The position numbers were made by a program, and so were the translations under genes. Shown piece after piece: positions 1 to 11,910 of a stretch of DNA of 33,842 nucleotides (position 1 is the first letter of the stretch; each line of letters opens with the position of its first letter). The stretch lies in NCBI RefSeq assembly GCF_001194135.2, contig NC_068981.1:169493900-169527741 (forward strand), in the 5' to 3' direction. The notes under the pieces are model-generated. The model did no database searches. It saw only the letters and a program-made list of their open reading frames with translations, and was not told the DNA's origin. The stretch comes from Octopus bimaculoides (taxonomy: Eukaryota).

Positions 1-89
1 TTCTTTTTACAGTCAGTGCATTTTTTCTTTCATTTTCTCTCCCAATGACATTACGCACACACACACACACGTATATTCATACATACTCA

Positions 90-138
<49 letters not shown>

Positions 139-827
139 GTATATACATACATACTCACACACACGTACATATATGAGTGTATGTATGTGCGTATGCACAT
201 ACATATATACATATCCATCTCGATGTATGTGTGCATTGCTTGAAGTTACTGCCATACAATGGCTATAGGCAGTAAATGTACATACGTTTGTGAGAACTAG
301 TGTGTGTGTATATATGTGCGTATACTTCTGTCTGTATGAATATGCGCATTCATATTTGTGTACGAAGTTGAGTGCTTGTGTATATGTAAGTGTGTGAGAA
401 TGAGTACATACAAAAATACATACATAGATTGCTGACATTACTGCCAAAGAAAATCGATAAAAATTATCAGAAACAAGATTGACATCGAAGAATGTTATTA
501 GAGAGCTTGTCAGGACGTTACATCAACAGGAACATTGAATATTGTACCGAACCAAGTAAAATGTTGGTAATTTTCTCTTTCTCTTCTTACAGACCAGTTG
601 TTAGTCTGGTTAGGTATGCAAAAATATTTTTTAAAAAACTAATTGTGGATACCAAAATAAATACGCACATATACATATGCAAACGTGCTCATATACGAGT
701 ACGTATAAGAATATCTATATACATAGAAACAAACACACATACACAAACACGCATATATATGCATATAGATATATATATATATATTTATTTTTACAGAGCT
801 ATACTAAAATATGAATGTGTATGTATG

Positions 828-861
<34 letters not shown>

Positions 862-1774
862 NNNNNNNNNNNNNNNNNNNNNNNNNNNNNNNNNNNNNNN
901 NNNNNNNNNNTATATATATAATTTCTATATGTATATATTTCCGATTGGCATCTGTACATGTGATAAGAAAATGAATAGCAACTTTACACACGTGATTTAT
1001 GTTGACAACGAAAAGTGATTATAACTTTGTGTAATGCTTATGTAATATTGTATACACACCACCAAGCTACATTTTGGAATCTCAGATGCATTAAGTTTTT
1101 TGTGGTAGAGTAACCTTTGAGAAATCATTAGATCAAGAATCTGCTACTGTTAGGAATCATATATAAATTATTATGGTTAATTAGGAAAGAGTTCCTAATA
1201 TCTAGTCAAAATTCCTGTAATATCTTAAAGAGATCAATCTACCATTGTTCGCGTTGAAAGCATTATCACAATAGGCATTGTGAAATATAATAGTTTAAAA
1301 GGCTCTAGCAAACTTTATGCAGTAAAATACTTAAGCATTTGGCTAGTAAAGTGATGCACCGTATATTAGTTATACCTATTAACTTGCTGACCGACAAATA
1401 ATCATCTGTCGCCCTCTTATCTTATTGTACGGAAATAAAACATGTTTCACTATAGGTTAGACTGGCTTCTCTGTATATTCCGTATCTTGTCAATTGTAGT
1501 TGAACGTGACTCGGAAACTTTAATTAATCAATTGATATTACGATGTTTTTAAAGGGAGCGATCCTATACTGAATGACCAAATGTGATGGAAAATATAACG
1601 GATGAACATCTAACATTTCCGCTCAACTAAAACCAATTAAATATGGAATACACTGAACAGTGAATCAGTTCTTTTGTAATTATCTCGTCATGTTACATTT
1701 CTATAAGACATGGATGCGGTCAATAATTATTTGCCAGTCAACAAGATAAGTATGTATGACTGATTTCTGGTCAG

Positions 1775-1930
1775 TCAATGCAATGGACAAATGATTAAGA
1801 AGACTACTTAGCAATGAGAATGACCTGGGCTCGATCCTTTTACGCGTTATCCTCAGCAAGTATATTTTAACATTGTTTCGAGTCCAACCAGGCAGTGTTA
1901 ATGATAGAAACTATGCGGAAGCATGTAGGA
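1775..1930 (+). mobile_element. Decayed tRNA-derived CORE-like SINE
   Basis: gcaaTGGACAAATGATTAAG (A-box-like)...gacctGGGCTCGATCC (B box)...gcgttatcctcagcaagtatattt (CORE-like). Confidence 0.55.
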
Positions 1931-2174
1931 TGCTTTAAACCTGTAATTCAAACATACAACCTTGTCACACACACATACACACACAGGCACACACACAGTG
2001 TGTAACACTCATTCATGTTTGAAAATGTCGTTAATGGTAAAGGAGTCTATAGAATACTCAGCCACATACACCTTGATTAGATGAGTACTTGCTCCCTAAT
2101 TAAATAAGCGACTACAAACCTAATTAATTAACAGGCACTTCAGATGATTGTCCATATTTTAGTAGTACTTATAT

Positions 2175-2290
2175 TCAATGCAATGGAAAAATGATTAAAA
2201 AGACCACTTGGCATACTTTCTCACAGTCTACATAATTTCATTCACACTGCTTAGTTTGACTCGAGCCAATGTTGAATATACTCGGTTAAG
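2175..2290. mobile_element. Rearranged copy of the 1775-1930 SINE (head direct, body inverted)
   Basis: 2175-2213 matches 1775-1813 (35/39). 2238-2282 is the reverse complement of 1859-1904 (~80% by eye). Confidence 0.7.
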
Positions 2291-2361
2291 AGGAGGTGTT
2301 ATCGAAAACGGTCCCAAGACATCTTAATTCTCAAGTACGAAAGAAAACACCAACAACAACA

Positions 2362-2747
2362 ATCCTTTCTACTATGTGTACAAGGACTAAAATTTTGTGG
2401 GGAATAGTGGTAGATGATTACATCGACTCCAGTTCTCGGATGGTATTTGTTGTGTCGACGCCCCCAGGAGAAGAAGTAGAATCTCCCAAGACATATAAAT
2501 AGAGGTAGTCTGGCCGTGGTAGGTGTGTTGAGTATCAGTTGAGTAGCAGTCGAGTAGCAGTTGTGTAGCGGTTGAGTAGAGATCATCCGAAGGTGCTAGA
2601 TAGCAGTAGCTTGAGACATAACAGTATTCATTTTATCGACCCCCAAGGTATTTGGACTCGGTGGTATTTGAACTCGAAACGTAAAGGGCCGGAAGAAATG
2701 CCGTTTAGTATTTTCCCGATTCCTAACTATACTGCTAGCTCACTAAT
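2362..2747 (-). mobile_element. tRNA-derived SINE (family 1), interrupted by the LTR-like element
   Basis: Plus-strand signature shared with other copies: cctttctact...gattacatcgactccagt...ggtatt|insert|cattttatcgacccc...atttgaactc..acgtaaag...gctagctcac. (AAC)n-like tail on the left. Confidence 0.8.
2448..2623. mobile_element. 176-bp solo-LTR-like element (TGTT...AACA) with 5-bp TSD GTATT, copy 1
   Basis: Starts TGTTGTGTC and ends GACATAACA (8/9 inverted match). GTATT lies on both sides (2443-2447, 2624-2628). Internal TATAAATA and tandem GAGTAGCAGTT-like units. Interrupts a SINE. Confidence 0.8.
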
Positions 2748-2752
2748 TTTAT

Positions 2753-2920
2753 TATGATGATGATGATAATGATGATAATAATGATGATGATGATGATGAT
2801 TATAATAATAATAATAATTATACTAATAATAACAATAATAACAATACTAATAATAATAACAACAACAACAACAACGATAACAATAGTAATGTCAATGATG
2901 ATAATTGTGATGACGATGAT
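2753..2920. repeat. Compound (ATG)n/(AAT)n/(AAC)n low-complexity tract
   Basis: Direct reading; source of the poly-Ile ORF 2735-2959. Confidence 0.9.
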
Positions 2921-2974
2921 TTTCTGATGTATTATGAAAGACACAAATATTTTTTTCAATCAATATACTCAGTT

Positions 2975-3045
2975 ATATCGATTCTAGTGTGTGATTGGTA
3001 ATTTATTTTATCGAACCGGAAATGACGAAAAGCCAAGTCGAAATT
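2975..3045 (-). mobile_element. SINE family 1 internal fragment
   Basis: atatcgattctagt..gattggtaatttattttatcgaacc..aaagccaagtcga matches the body of the other copies. Confidence 0.55.
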
Positions 3046-3825
3046 TAATGGCTGAAAAGGATTTTATAGGCAATTCAGTGTCACTTCGACCAATCAAATC
3101 TTTCCATTTTAACTTTCACGCTTAGTTATCACAAAATAAAAACGTTTTGGAATTACTTTAAAATATATCAGATATAATAAATATTACATAATAAATATTT
3201 CTGGAAAATATAATTGCTTTTATAACGAGTCATATTTGTAGCTATTTCTCAAGAAAGTTGTTTGAATTGAAACAACATCGTATGTAACATCAAGAACAAG
3301 AATGTTTATATATGTCTTTTCTAATTCTTCGAAATATTTCTATAAAGAAGAGGTTGCTTTATATCTATGAATATGAGTTGCATCATATGAATAAAGATAA
3401 CAACAAAAGTATATAGTTGTATGTTGAATTTTAGATGCTTTAATTATTTTCACAATTCCGCTTACAAATTCAATTATCTTAGAAAGTGTTAGACGGTTTC
3501 TGTGTTTTTATTTTGCCTCAAAAATACAGCTTCAATACACACTCACACATACACACACGCGCGCGCGTGCACATACACATACACACACGAATATACGCAC
3601 AAGTAAAGTCACGCATATGCATATACATATGTGTGGGTCTGTGGTGTGAATGTATGTATGTAAGCAAGTTCTCTTCTACTTTCAATTATTTAAAGTCTTC
3701 CTTTAAGGAAGGAGCTAGTTTCTAGCAAAAATATAGAACATCATCGTTGCAATGTAGATAACAGGCACAGTGTTGAACTTTAGAAAAACCTTGTACACAC
3801 ATACACACACACACACACACACACA

Positions 3826-4101
3826 TAGATTGCGATGGGTAAATTTACGCCATATTATATGTTTAATGTCACACGTGGCTATTGTTTGTTTTAGTTTTTG
3901 TAGACTACACAGTATAGTAGGGTCACTTGGGCACCGTCTGTCAGAAAAACAGCACCATGGTCAGAAATTTGGGAACGAGATGCTGTACAACTTGGCATTA
4001 GCACCGGAAGCTCCTATACAAACATTTCAGAGTGTTCGGGTGCCAATCTGAGGAGAGTGCAGAGGATTCGGAAAGAGTTCGGTGAGTCTAACGGTGATTA
4101 T
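3826..4101 (+). mobile_element. Tc1/mariner-superfamily transposon 5' fragment (N-terminal HTH of transposase)
   Basis: 3961-4101 reads SEIWERDAVQLGISTGSSYTNISECSGANLRRVQRIRKEFGESNGDY, an HTH-like 'IS..LGV..RTVQRIRK' pattern of Tc1/mariner N-termini. Truncated by (TA)n and a gap. The left boundary is approximate. Confidence 0.7.
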
Positions 4102-4118
4102 ATATATATATATATATA

Positions 4119-4690
4119 NNNNNNNNNNNNNNNNNNNNNNNNNNNNNNNNNNNNNNNNNNNNNNNNNNNNNNNNNNNNNNNNNNNNNNNNNNNNNNNNNN
4201 NNNNNNNNNNNNNNNNNNNNNNNNNNNNNNNNNNNNNNNNNNNNNNNNNNNNNNNNNNNNNNNNNNNNNNNNNNNNNNNNNNNNNNNNNNNNNNNNNNNN
4301 NNNNNNNNNNNNNNNNNNNNNNNNNNNNNNNNNNNNNNNNNNNNNNNNNNNNNNNNNNNNNNNNNNNNNNNNNNNNNNNNNNNNNNNNNNNNNNNNNNNN
4401 NNNNNNNNNNNNNNNNNNNNNNNNNNNNNNNNNNNNNNNNNNNNNNNNNNNNNNNNNNNNNNNNNNNNNNNNNNNNNNNNNNNNNNNNNNNNNNNNNNNN
4501 NNNNNNNNNNNNNNNNNNNNNNNNNNNNNNNNNNNNNNNNNNNNNNNNNNNNNNNNNNNNNNNNNNNNNNNNNNNNNNNNNNNNNNNNNNNNNNNNNNNN
4601 NNNNNNNNNNNNNNNNNNNNNNNNNNNNNNNNNNNNNNNNNNNNNNNNNNNNNNNNNNNNNNNNNNNNNNNNNNNNNNNNNNNNNNNNNN
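4119..4690. other. Assembly gap (largest of seven: 862-910, 4119-4690, 6683-6709, 9178-9273, 20368-20565, 21356-21480, 22690-22782)
   Basis: Runs of N, each touching a (TA)n or (CA)n tract on at least one side. Confidence 1.
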
Positions 4691-4737
<47 letters not shown>

Positions 4738-5624
4738 TATATTATATATATATTTTTTTCTCAGTACAGTGTATTGTTCGGATAGTATTGTATAGTAGCA
4801 TTCTGTATTGGGAGAGAACGACTTGATGACATTTTTGGTTAGATCCTGTTTAGTTATGTGATATCTTTCACAGAGCTGTCACAAAACCGACGTATCATGG
4901 AGTATCCTAGTTCTCCGTGCTTTAAGAAGATTGATTATCATCACGAATGTTAGAAAAAAATTAGTATGCTAGCCATTATGCAAAGAAATCTGCTTGTTGC
5001 CGAAGTTGTGCTATGAAGTAGTTTCTTCAGAATATTCTTTTAGCCGCTGGGTAGCGGCTTATAGAAGGTGTTCTTTTTCATAGAACCAAAGTAGACCTTG
5101 ATCTGAATGCAACAACCATGCGATATGAGCAGAGTACTTACGCTGTCTTAAATAACTTACACGTGTCGTAGTACTGCTTTCATGGGTAAAGGGGTTGATG
5201 TTATTGTTGTCAATATTTATCATGATCGCAAAAGCAAAATTTCACGTGTTGTAAGGTATCTTTCGAAATTCAATGTTTCTAACCGGTATAAATCACACCT
5301 TAACATGAGCTATGGTCATTTTGAGTAACATTTAAGATTTTAATCTGGGCAGAATATTTCCGCACATTTATATTTAATGCTAGGTTCATATGCGATACAC
5401 AACTATCTATGCTGTTAGTTTATTTGTCCCAAACGAATTTATCATATTTGAAATATAGACGACTTTCAGTGATACATAAGATGCCCGATTGAATTTGTAC
5501 CGGTCATACACCTATATGTAAAAATGTTTCATAGAGGCGTAAATACATATAGATGTACATGCATACGTGCATACTTATTTATATACATATCTATATGTAT
5601 AAGTATATAAATATACATATATAT

Positions 5625-5830
5625 GGGTTTCAAATTTTGGCACAAGGCCAACAACTTCGGGAAGGGACTACGTCGATTATATAGACTCCAGAACTGAACT
5701 GGTACTTATTGTATCTATTTGAATGGAATAAAGTTAAACTTGACGGAATTTGAAATCAGAAAGTAAAGATGGACAAACTACCGCTAAACATTTTGCTGCG
5801 CGTGCTTATAATTCTGTCACCTTGCCGCCT
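5625..5830 (-). mobile_element. tRNA-derived SINE (family 1), near full length
   Basis: ggtttcaaattttggcacaaggcc...gtcgattatatagactccag..aactggtactta...ggaatttgaaatcagaaagtaaag...ccgctaaacatttt...gccgcct. Confidence 0.85.
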
Positions 5831-6633
5831 AATTTATACGTAATATCTACTGAAATACATACATACATACAGACAGACATACACACATACACACACACAC
5901 ATACTTATAGATCTTTAAGTCTATATTACCTCTAAATAGCACAGTATTCATGCACTCGGATACCAAGTAACGAACTTGCTTGAAGAGAAAACAAAGAAAG
6001 ACTCAAATAAAGAAAAGAAAGGGAGAAAAAGAAAGGAAGCTTCGTGTATTATTCAGCAGTGAGAGATCACAATCATGACGAAGTATTGAATTGTACGTTA
6101 TATCAACAATATTTATATTGACTTGAGAAATCTGAATGTTGCCTCGCTAATAAATATTTAAGTTACAAATTGACAATCATATACAACAGTGAATGCAAAT
6201 AAATCTAAGGTGTCTTCGGGCAACAGTTTTCAATTCTTTCATCTTTATCACTACAACCAATTTATGTTAGTTTACTGAAGATATATTTCTAAAAAACAAA
6301 ACACCTTCAGCAAACAAAGCAAAGAAGAGCAAGGCCAGAGCTGTTCGAATACAACAGCGTTTACAGCACGTTAGAGACGCTGTAAAACGTTCATTCTACC
6401 CACAAAAATAGACTCACGCGTACACACAAAAAAGAAATACATTACCACACATATACATGTATACATAAAGATATAACACCGACTTAATGTTTTAGTCATT
6501 GTGCACTCCCAGTGATTAAATATCTCGCTTAGCTGAACTGAAATTCTAGTGCCTAACTTAATGTATATGTATGTATGTGTGTATGTATGTATGCATCTAT
6601 GTATATGTGTGTCCGTGTATGTATGCATGCATG

Positions 6634-6682
<49 letters not shown>

Positions 6683-6735
6683 NNNNNNNNNNNNNNNNNN
6701 NNNNNNNNNTGTATGAATGTATGGATGTGTATACG

Positions 6736-6787
<52 letters not shown>

Positions 6788-8130
6788 TGTTTATACATAC
6801 ATGTACAGATATGGAGGTGCCAGAATATACGTGCTTAAACATGACGATATATATATGTTTGTGTCTGCATATACACACGCATATGTAGGAAGAAAGAAAA
6901 AGAGAGAGAGAGGGAGCTTAGGAGAGGGGAGAAATTGCGTGAAGATGAAGGGTGAGATGTGTGTGTTTCTAAAATAAAATGTGCGAAATAATTTAGCTCC
7001 GTTTTTATTTCTTGCCTCGAGAAATCAGTTTTGTGGACGTTCATATTACCATATTTATTGAACGTCTGCAGGGACACATCGAATGATAAAATTCTCATTT
7101 TATCTCCTTCTGTTATGAAAAATACGTTTTATGGAACGAAGTACACATAGACAGGTAAGCATACATTGATGCAGCGTACTGATACACAATATATTGATAT
7201 TAAAGCCACGGACAGTCTTCCTATCAATTAAATTTGTATATTGTGAAGGAAACGTCCTGTAGACTCTGAATGAAACTCCCAGCAACAAATCAGTGATTCA
7301 ATTTACATACTAATCCCATAAATTCCTTATATCTGAATTGTACCCTCTCAGGAACTTTTAACAGTTTTTAACACCTAAATATCGTTTACTTTTTATGACA
7401 ACACGCTATTGATATTTTTTGAAGAACAATGAAATATTGAAATGCCGCTTTCGTAACCGAGGACATTACTTTTGTTTATTAGGAGAAGGTCAATGTTTAT
7501 TGATAAGTCCTATGATTAAAATTTTTCAGCCGTGACCATAATTGCTTTCGAGAAGCACAGTTGAGCAAACCGTAAGCACATTGTCCAATGAGTCATTTCT
7601 TTCTAGAGAGTAGGGTGTGTTTTGAGGAATATGTAATTGCTATTTCCAAAAAACCAATCAGCCTTGCTGGGTTTCACCTATTGACTCAGATGATATTTGG
7701 CACTCGGTGCTCAACACAAAAGCAATAAGAGCAAAAAGAACAATGAAAACCTTGATATAAACAATGTCAACACTCATTGAAGCTAGCTGCTGTTGTAAAT
7801 GAGGCTATTGTTCCAAGTCCTAACTGATCCGATAGAACCATGAACACAGTGTCTCAAACATGATCGTCTCATCTTATTTACATATAATGTTTCAATGCTT
7901 TCATTATCTAATATTTTCTTCTTTTCTGAGTTGTCAAAGTGTGGTGTGTAGATACTGCAACTACTAGCAGTTAATCTGAACAGGTAGCGGCCCCTCTGTA
8001 GGCAACTAGACTAGAAGTTAGAGCTACGTTCCCTTAATCAAAGCATAATAAAAGAGGACACTAGACAGATATAAAGATAACAAAGGAAGCCATTTTAAGG
8101 ACTGTAGTGAAAGACATACAATGCGACCAC

Positions 8131-8324
8131 ATTTCATGTAAAAAGTAAGATGTTCAAAATTAATATAAAATGACGGGATGGAAAATCTTCATGTAAAATG
8201 ACGGGAAGATCAAATTTCACGAAAACTGAGAGGATAATGAAATTTCATGCAAAATGACAGAATGGCCAAAGTTCACGTAAAATGTGTCAACCTCATGTAA
8301 AATCACATAACTGGTCAAATTTCG
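8131..8324. repeat. Degenerate ~28-bp minisatellite, 7 units
   Basis: Units start at 8131, 8159, 8185, 8214, 8242, 8270, 8291 (partial at 8319). Consensus approximately ATTTCATGTAAAATGACGGGATGGTCAA. Confidence 0.8.
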
Positions 8325-8728
8325 GGCTTTATGAAGACCTTAACAGCTTGAGGTGATAAAGATGATCTTTAAGTATATTTCAAAATTACATACAGTTTGG
8401 GCATTTCAGTCCCCCGATCTACTAGAAATAACTGTCATATACTCCTTAAATGGCACACTACAGAGAAAGACCAAATTAGAAATATAGCCCAATATACACG
8501 CAAAGACAGAGTGTCTGCAAATAGAACACCTTTGGTTATAGTTTTCTCGATCAGCCTGCTATCTCATTAAATGTCTACAGTAAATACTCGTCTATTTTAT
8601 CACGTACAGACGGACGTTATCCACCTACGAGAAGTTTAGGAAAAAAATGACATATTTCGTAAAGCAATTGGTGATATTAGAAGTCAAATTATGCATCATC
8701 GTGGTTGCAACTTAACACTGATAGCACT

Positions 8729-8889
8729 TGTTGTGTCGACGCACCCAAGCGAAGAAGTAGGATTGCCCAAGACATAAATAAAGGTAGTCTGGCCGTGGTA
8801 GGAGTTGAGTAGCTGACGAGGAGCAGTCGAGTAGCTGTTGAGTAGAGATCATCCGAAGGTGGTAGATAGCAGTAGCTTGAGACATAACA
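8729..8889. mobile_element. 161-bp solo-LTR-like element, copy 2
   Basis: Same termini and body as 2448-2623 with fewer internal repeat units. Flanks GCACT (8724-8728) and GTACT (8890-8894) form a 5-bp TSD with one transition. Confidence 0.8.
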
Positions 8890-11109
8890 GTACTAATGCA
8901 CACGCCATATGAAATCTTGTTTTATTTTCATATATTTTTCTTTTTTACTGGTTTCTGCTTTTGAGTTGTAGCCGTGTTAGAAAACCGCCTTCTACTTATT
9001 AATTTATGGTTTTGCCGACCTTCCTTTATTTTAATGACGCGGTTCGCTGAAAAACAAGGTAAAATTGGGCGGGAATAAAACGAAATCAAAACATAAAGGG
9101 ACGTAATCTAATGTCTCAAGGAAATTTGTCCGATGTTCTACCGAACCAGCCATCCATCCACCATCCTGCATTTACAGNNNNNNNNNNNNNNNNNNNNNNN
9201 NNNNNNNNNNNNNNNNNNNNNNNNNNNNNNNNNNNNNNNNNNNNNNNNNNNNNNNNNNNNNNNNNNNNNNNNNTATATATATATATAATCTTTACATGGT
9301 GATTTTGCTTTCTGGAAACAAAATGAGTTGAGGCTGCAAGAGCATAGTAGCGTTATGTGTCTGAAAATAATTATTGGGCTTTTAGAACTTAGAATAGAAA
9401 ATAATAAATTGCTGAATTTAATAACAGCTTGGATAAATTTGATATGTTCAACAGCAAATGTGCAAATATAGAATGTTTTATTTTACACTGATAATTATTT
9501 TGCAAACAAATAATTTCTGGCGAATTATAACTTTTCTTGTTTTTATTTAGTTGATTAAAATAGTTCTTTTAGGTCTTTGTGCATGTCAAACTCGTTATAT
9601 TACAAACTAATTTGAATTTTTGTCAACCTCTTCAAATATTGCTGTACCGTCGAAATAGATTGTTCGCAAGAAAGGGAAAATTGAAGGGATTAAATAATTC
9701 AGCTTGAGAACACAAGATAAGTTACTTTAAAGAATGGAAAGCACACACACACACACATACACACACACACACACATACATACACACATACACTCACACTC
9801 TCTCTCTCACACACACACAAACATAGACACAGTCAAATCTATAAATTAATCTGAGATGAGAACAAAAGAGACTAAAACGACTTCAATTAACTCTAATATT
9901 TTCAATTTTTCTGGGGTTACGAGATAAAAATTTGGACACGTTTAGGATTTGTTAAAGCGTTAACGGCGAAAAATGTATTTCATCATTCATTCCAAGTCAG
10001 TGATTATCAACATCACTAAATAAATATAGAAGATTATGTATTCGTTGGTATAATACAATGAAATTATTTTGAGCAGTGTTTCCTAAATTGGGTTATGGAG
10101 ACCACGTTTCGAGGAAAAATAAATCAAGGGTTTCATGAGACAGGATGACTTTTAAAAATAGTTAAAAACATAAAATGTAGAGAGCTTACTACTTTTTCAA
10201 AATATTATGTTACTATATGAATTTGTTTTAGAGGTTTAAATTCTCTATAAAGCAATTTTAGTTTAAATAAAATTAAAATGGCGGAGATTATTCGTATAAA
10301 GTAATATTGATCTCGAGTTTCGGGTAATAATCATAAATGCTTCCTCCTAGATAAATAAACTTAAGAAATAACAAATTAGAGTACAAATAATGCTGAGTTG
10401 CTATCAAAATAGAAGATTAATAGCTAAGCTATTTCTCACACATTTAGTCACGAGGTGTTTCGATGATTTTCCGGCATGTACAGGAGAACACCATCGGTCA
10501 TGTATTAGTTTTATTCGGACCTCATCAGTAAAATATCGAACATATTTTTAATACTTACATACTCGATATACCTACCACGTATAAGTTAGAATGAAATGAA
10601 TGTAATGTTTGATTTAATTTGTATATTTTGCTGTGATGTTACTGACAAGGGACTAGAAAAATTCATTATAGCAATAGAATAATTCGCATGGGTTATCAAT
10701 TATTGCAGTGTTTGATGTCTGATGCTCCACTAAGTCTCTGGAATAAGAAATTAGATATATCTAGTGTAATTTATTTCATTATAAGTGACTTATTAGTGTG
10801 ACAAGGGAGTTAGTTAGTTGCAGTGCCAGTAGATTTAAACTTCATACATATATAAATGATGGTCCATCTGGTGGAAAATCTTTTTATATTGATAGTGTTG
10901 ATAATCGTGCCAATGATGATGATGGTGAGAAGGACGACGGTGATGGTCTTGGTAATGGTGATGATGATGATGGAGAAGTATTGTCACTGTGATGTTCATG
11001 ATAATTAATATCATTTCGTGTCCGTATAGAAATAATTCTACTCTTCTACGCTAGTTTGCAAACTCTTAGTGATGTCATTCAGATCGTGCAAACAACAGGA
11101 GGGAATGCA

Positions 11110-11174
<65 letters not shown>

Positions 11175-11699
11175 GAGTGTGAGTGTTTGCGTGCGTATGT
11201 GAGTGCTGCGTGTGTGTGTATGTGTGTGTATGTAGATATAATCAGGTGATTCATGCTTTGGACAATTCAGCAGTCTCTAGTCTTAGTCAAAGACTTGCCA
11301 ATTTTTCATTCACTATGAAAATTTTTCTGCAAATTTTCTTACCAATCTACTGAAGCATTTGATCTTTCACATTAATGAGGAAGAGATTTGAGTCTTTCTG
11401 CATCAACCTGAAACTAAAATCAAACACTTTCATGATGAGTAAAATGCATGGAAGTATCTAAAGTAATGAACGCGAAAGAATATGTGGCCTTTTTCATCTT
11501 TCTTGAACTAAAAAGCTTGCAATCCTTATCAGCAATAAAGCTGAATCTATTACTACGTTTATAACCACTCCAATATAAACCTTTTCTTGTGTAAACAGGT
11601 ATAATTATAAAAATTATATTCGACTATATTCGGTTTTGACAATGAATATTCAGTCGTGTGATAAAGTGAACAGCCTGAACCAAGGGCTAGCTACTAATG

Positions 11700-11910
11700 C
11701 ATTCCACAGACAGGTAGACCCCTAATGCAATCCTCCAGCAGAATGATCGCAGCTTCTGCATAGTTTCTGTCAACACAATTTCATTCACAATGCAAGGTTA
11801 ACCTGAGGCCAAAGCCACAGACAATTGCCAAATAGGTCAGGCAGTGACAAGGAGGCCAAACACTCATGATTGTGAAGTGAGCGATCTAAATATTTGATCA
11901 TGCTGCATCC
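11700..11910 (-). mobile_element. Very decayed CORE-like SINE
   Basis: cctgaggccaaagccacagacaattgccaaataggtcaggcagtg resembles the minus-strand 'ccgaggctatagtagaagacacttgcccaaggtgccacgcagtg' octopus SINE pattern (from recall). Confidence 0.4.

Noticed and set aside
13-447. 144-aa Cys/Val-rich ORF and other HT/CV/YI/SL-repeat ORFs (12914-13247, 28498-28753, 31032-32004)
   Set aside because: Translations of dinucleotide microsatellites.
4027-4795. 235-242 aa ORFs, and similar ORFs at 791-1018, 6553-6888, 21189-21596, 22354-22898
   Set aside because: Open only because they run through N gaps and stop-free (TA)n/(CA)n tracts.
7072-7154. Possible exon ending at CAG/GTAAGC
   Set aside because: Weak acceptor and stops in all three frames.
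8131-8324. CRISPR-like or regularly spaced repeat array (also 24593-24704)
   Set aside because: Contiguous degenerate tandem units with no unique spacers, no cas genes, and a eukaryotic context.
2448-8889. Full-length LTR retrotransposon bounded by the two TGTT...AACA copies
   Set aside because: Each copy has its own TSD, the outer flanks (GTATT vs GTACT) are not needed to explain them, and no PBS, PPT or gag/pol traces are visible between them.
10275-10284. YY1-like AAAATGGCGG site, and the CpG-richer patch at 8970-9150, as promoters
   Set aside because: Isolated short motifs with no associated exon or other core-promoter evidence.
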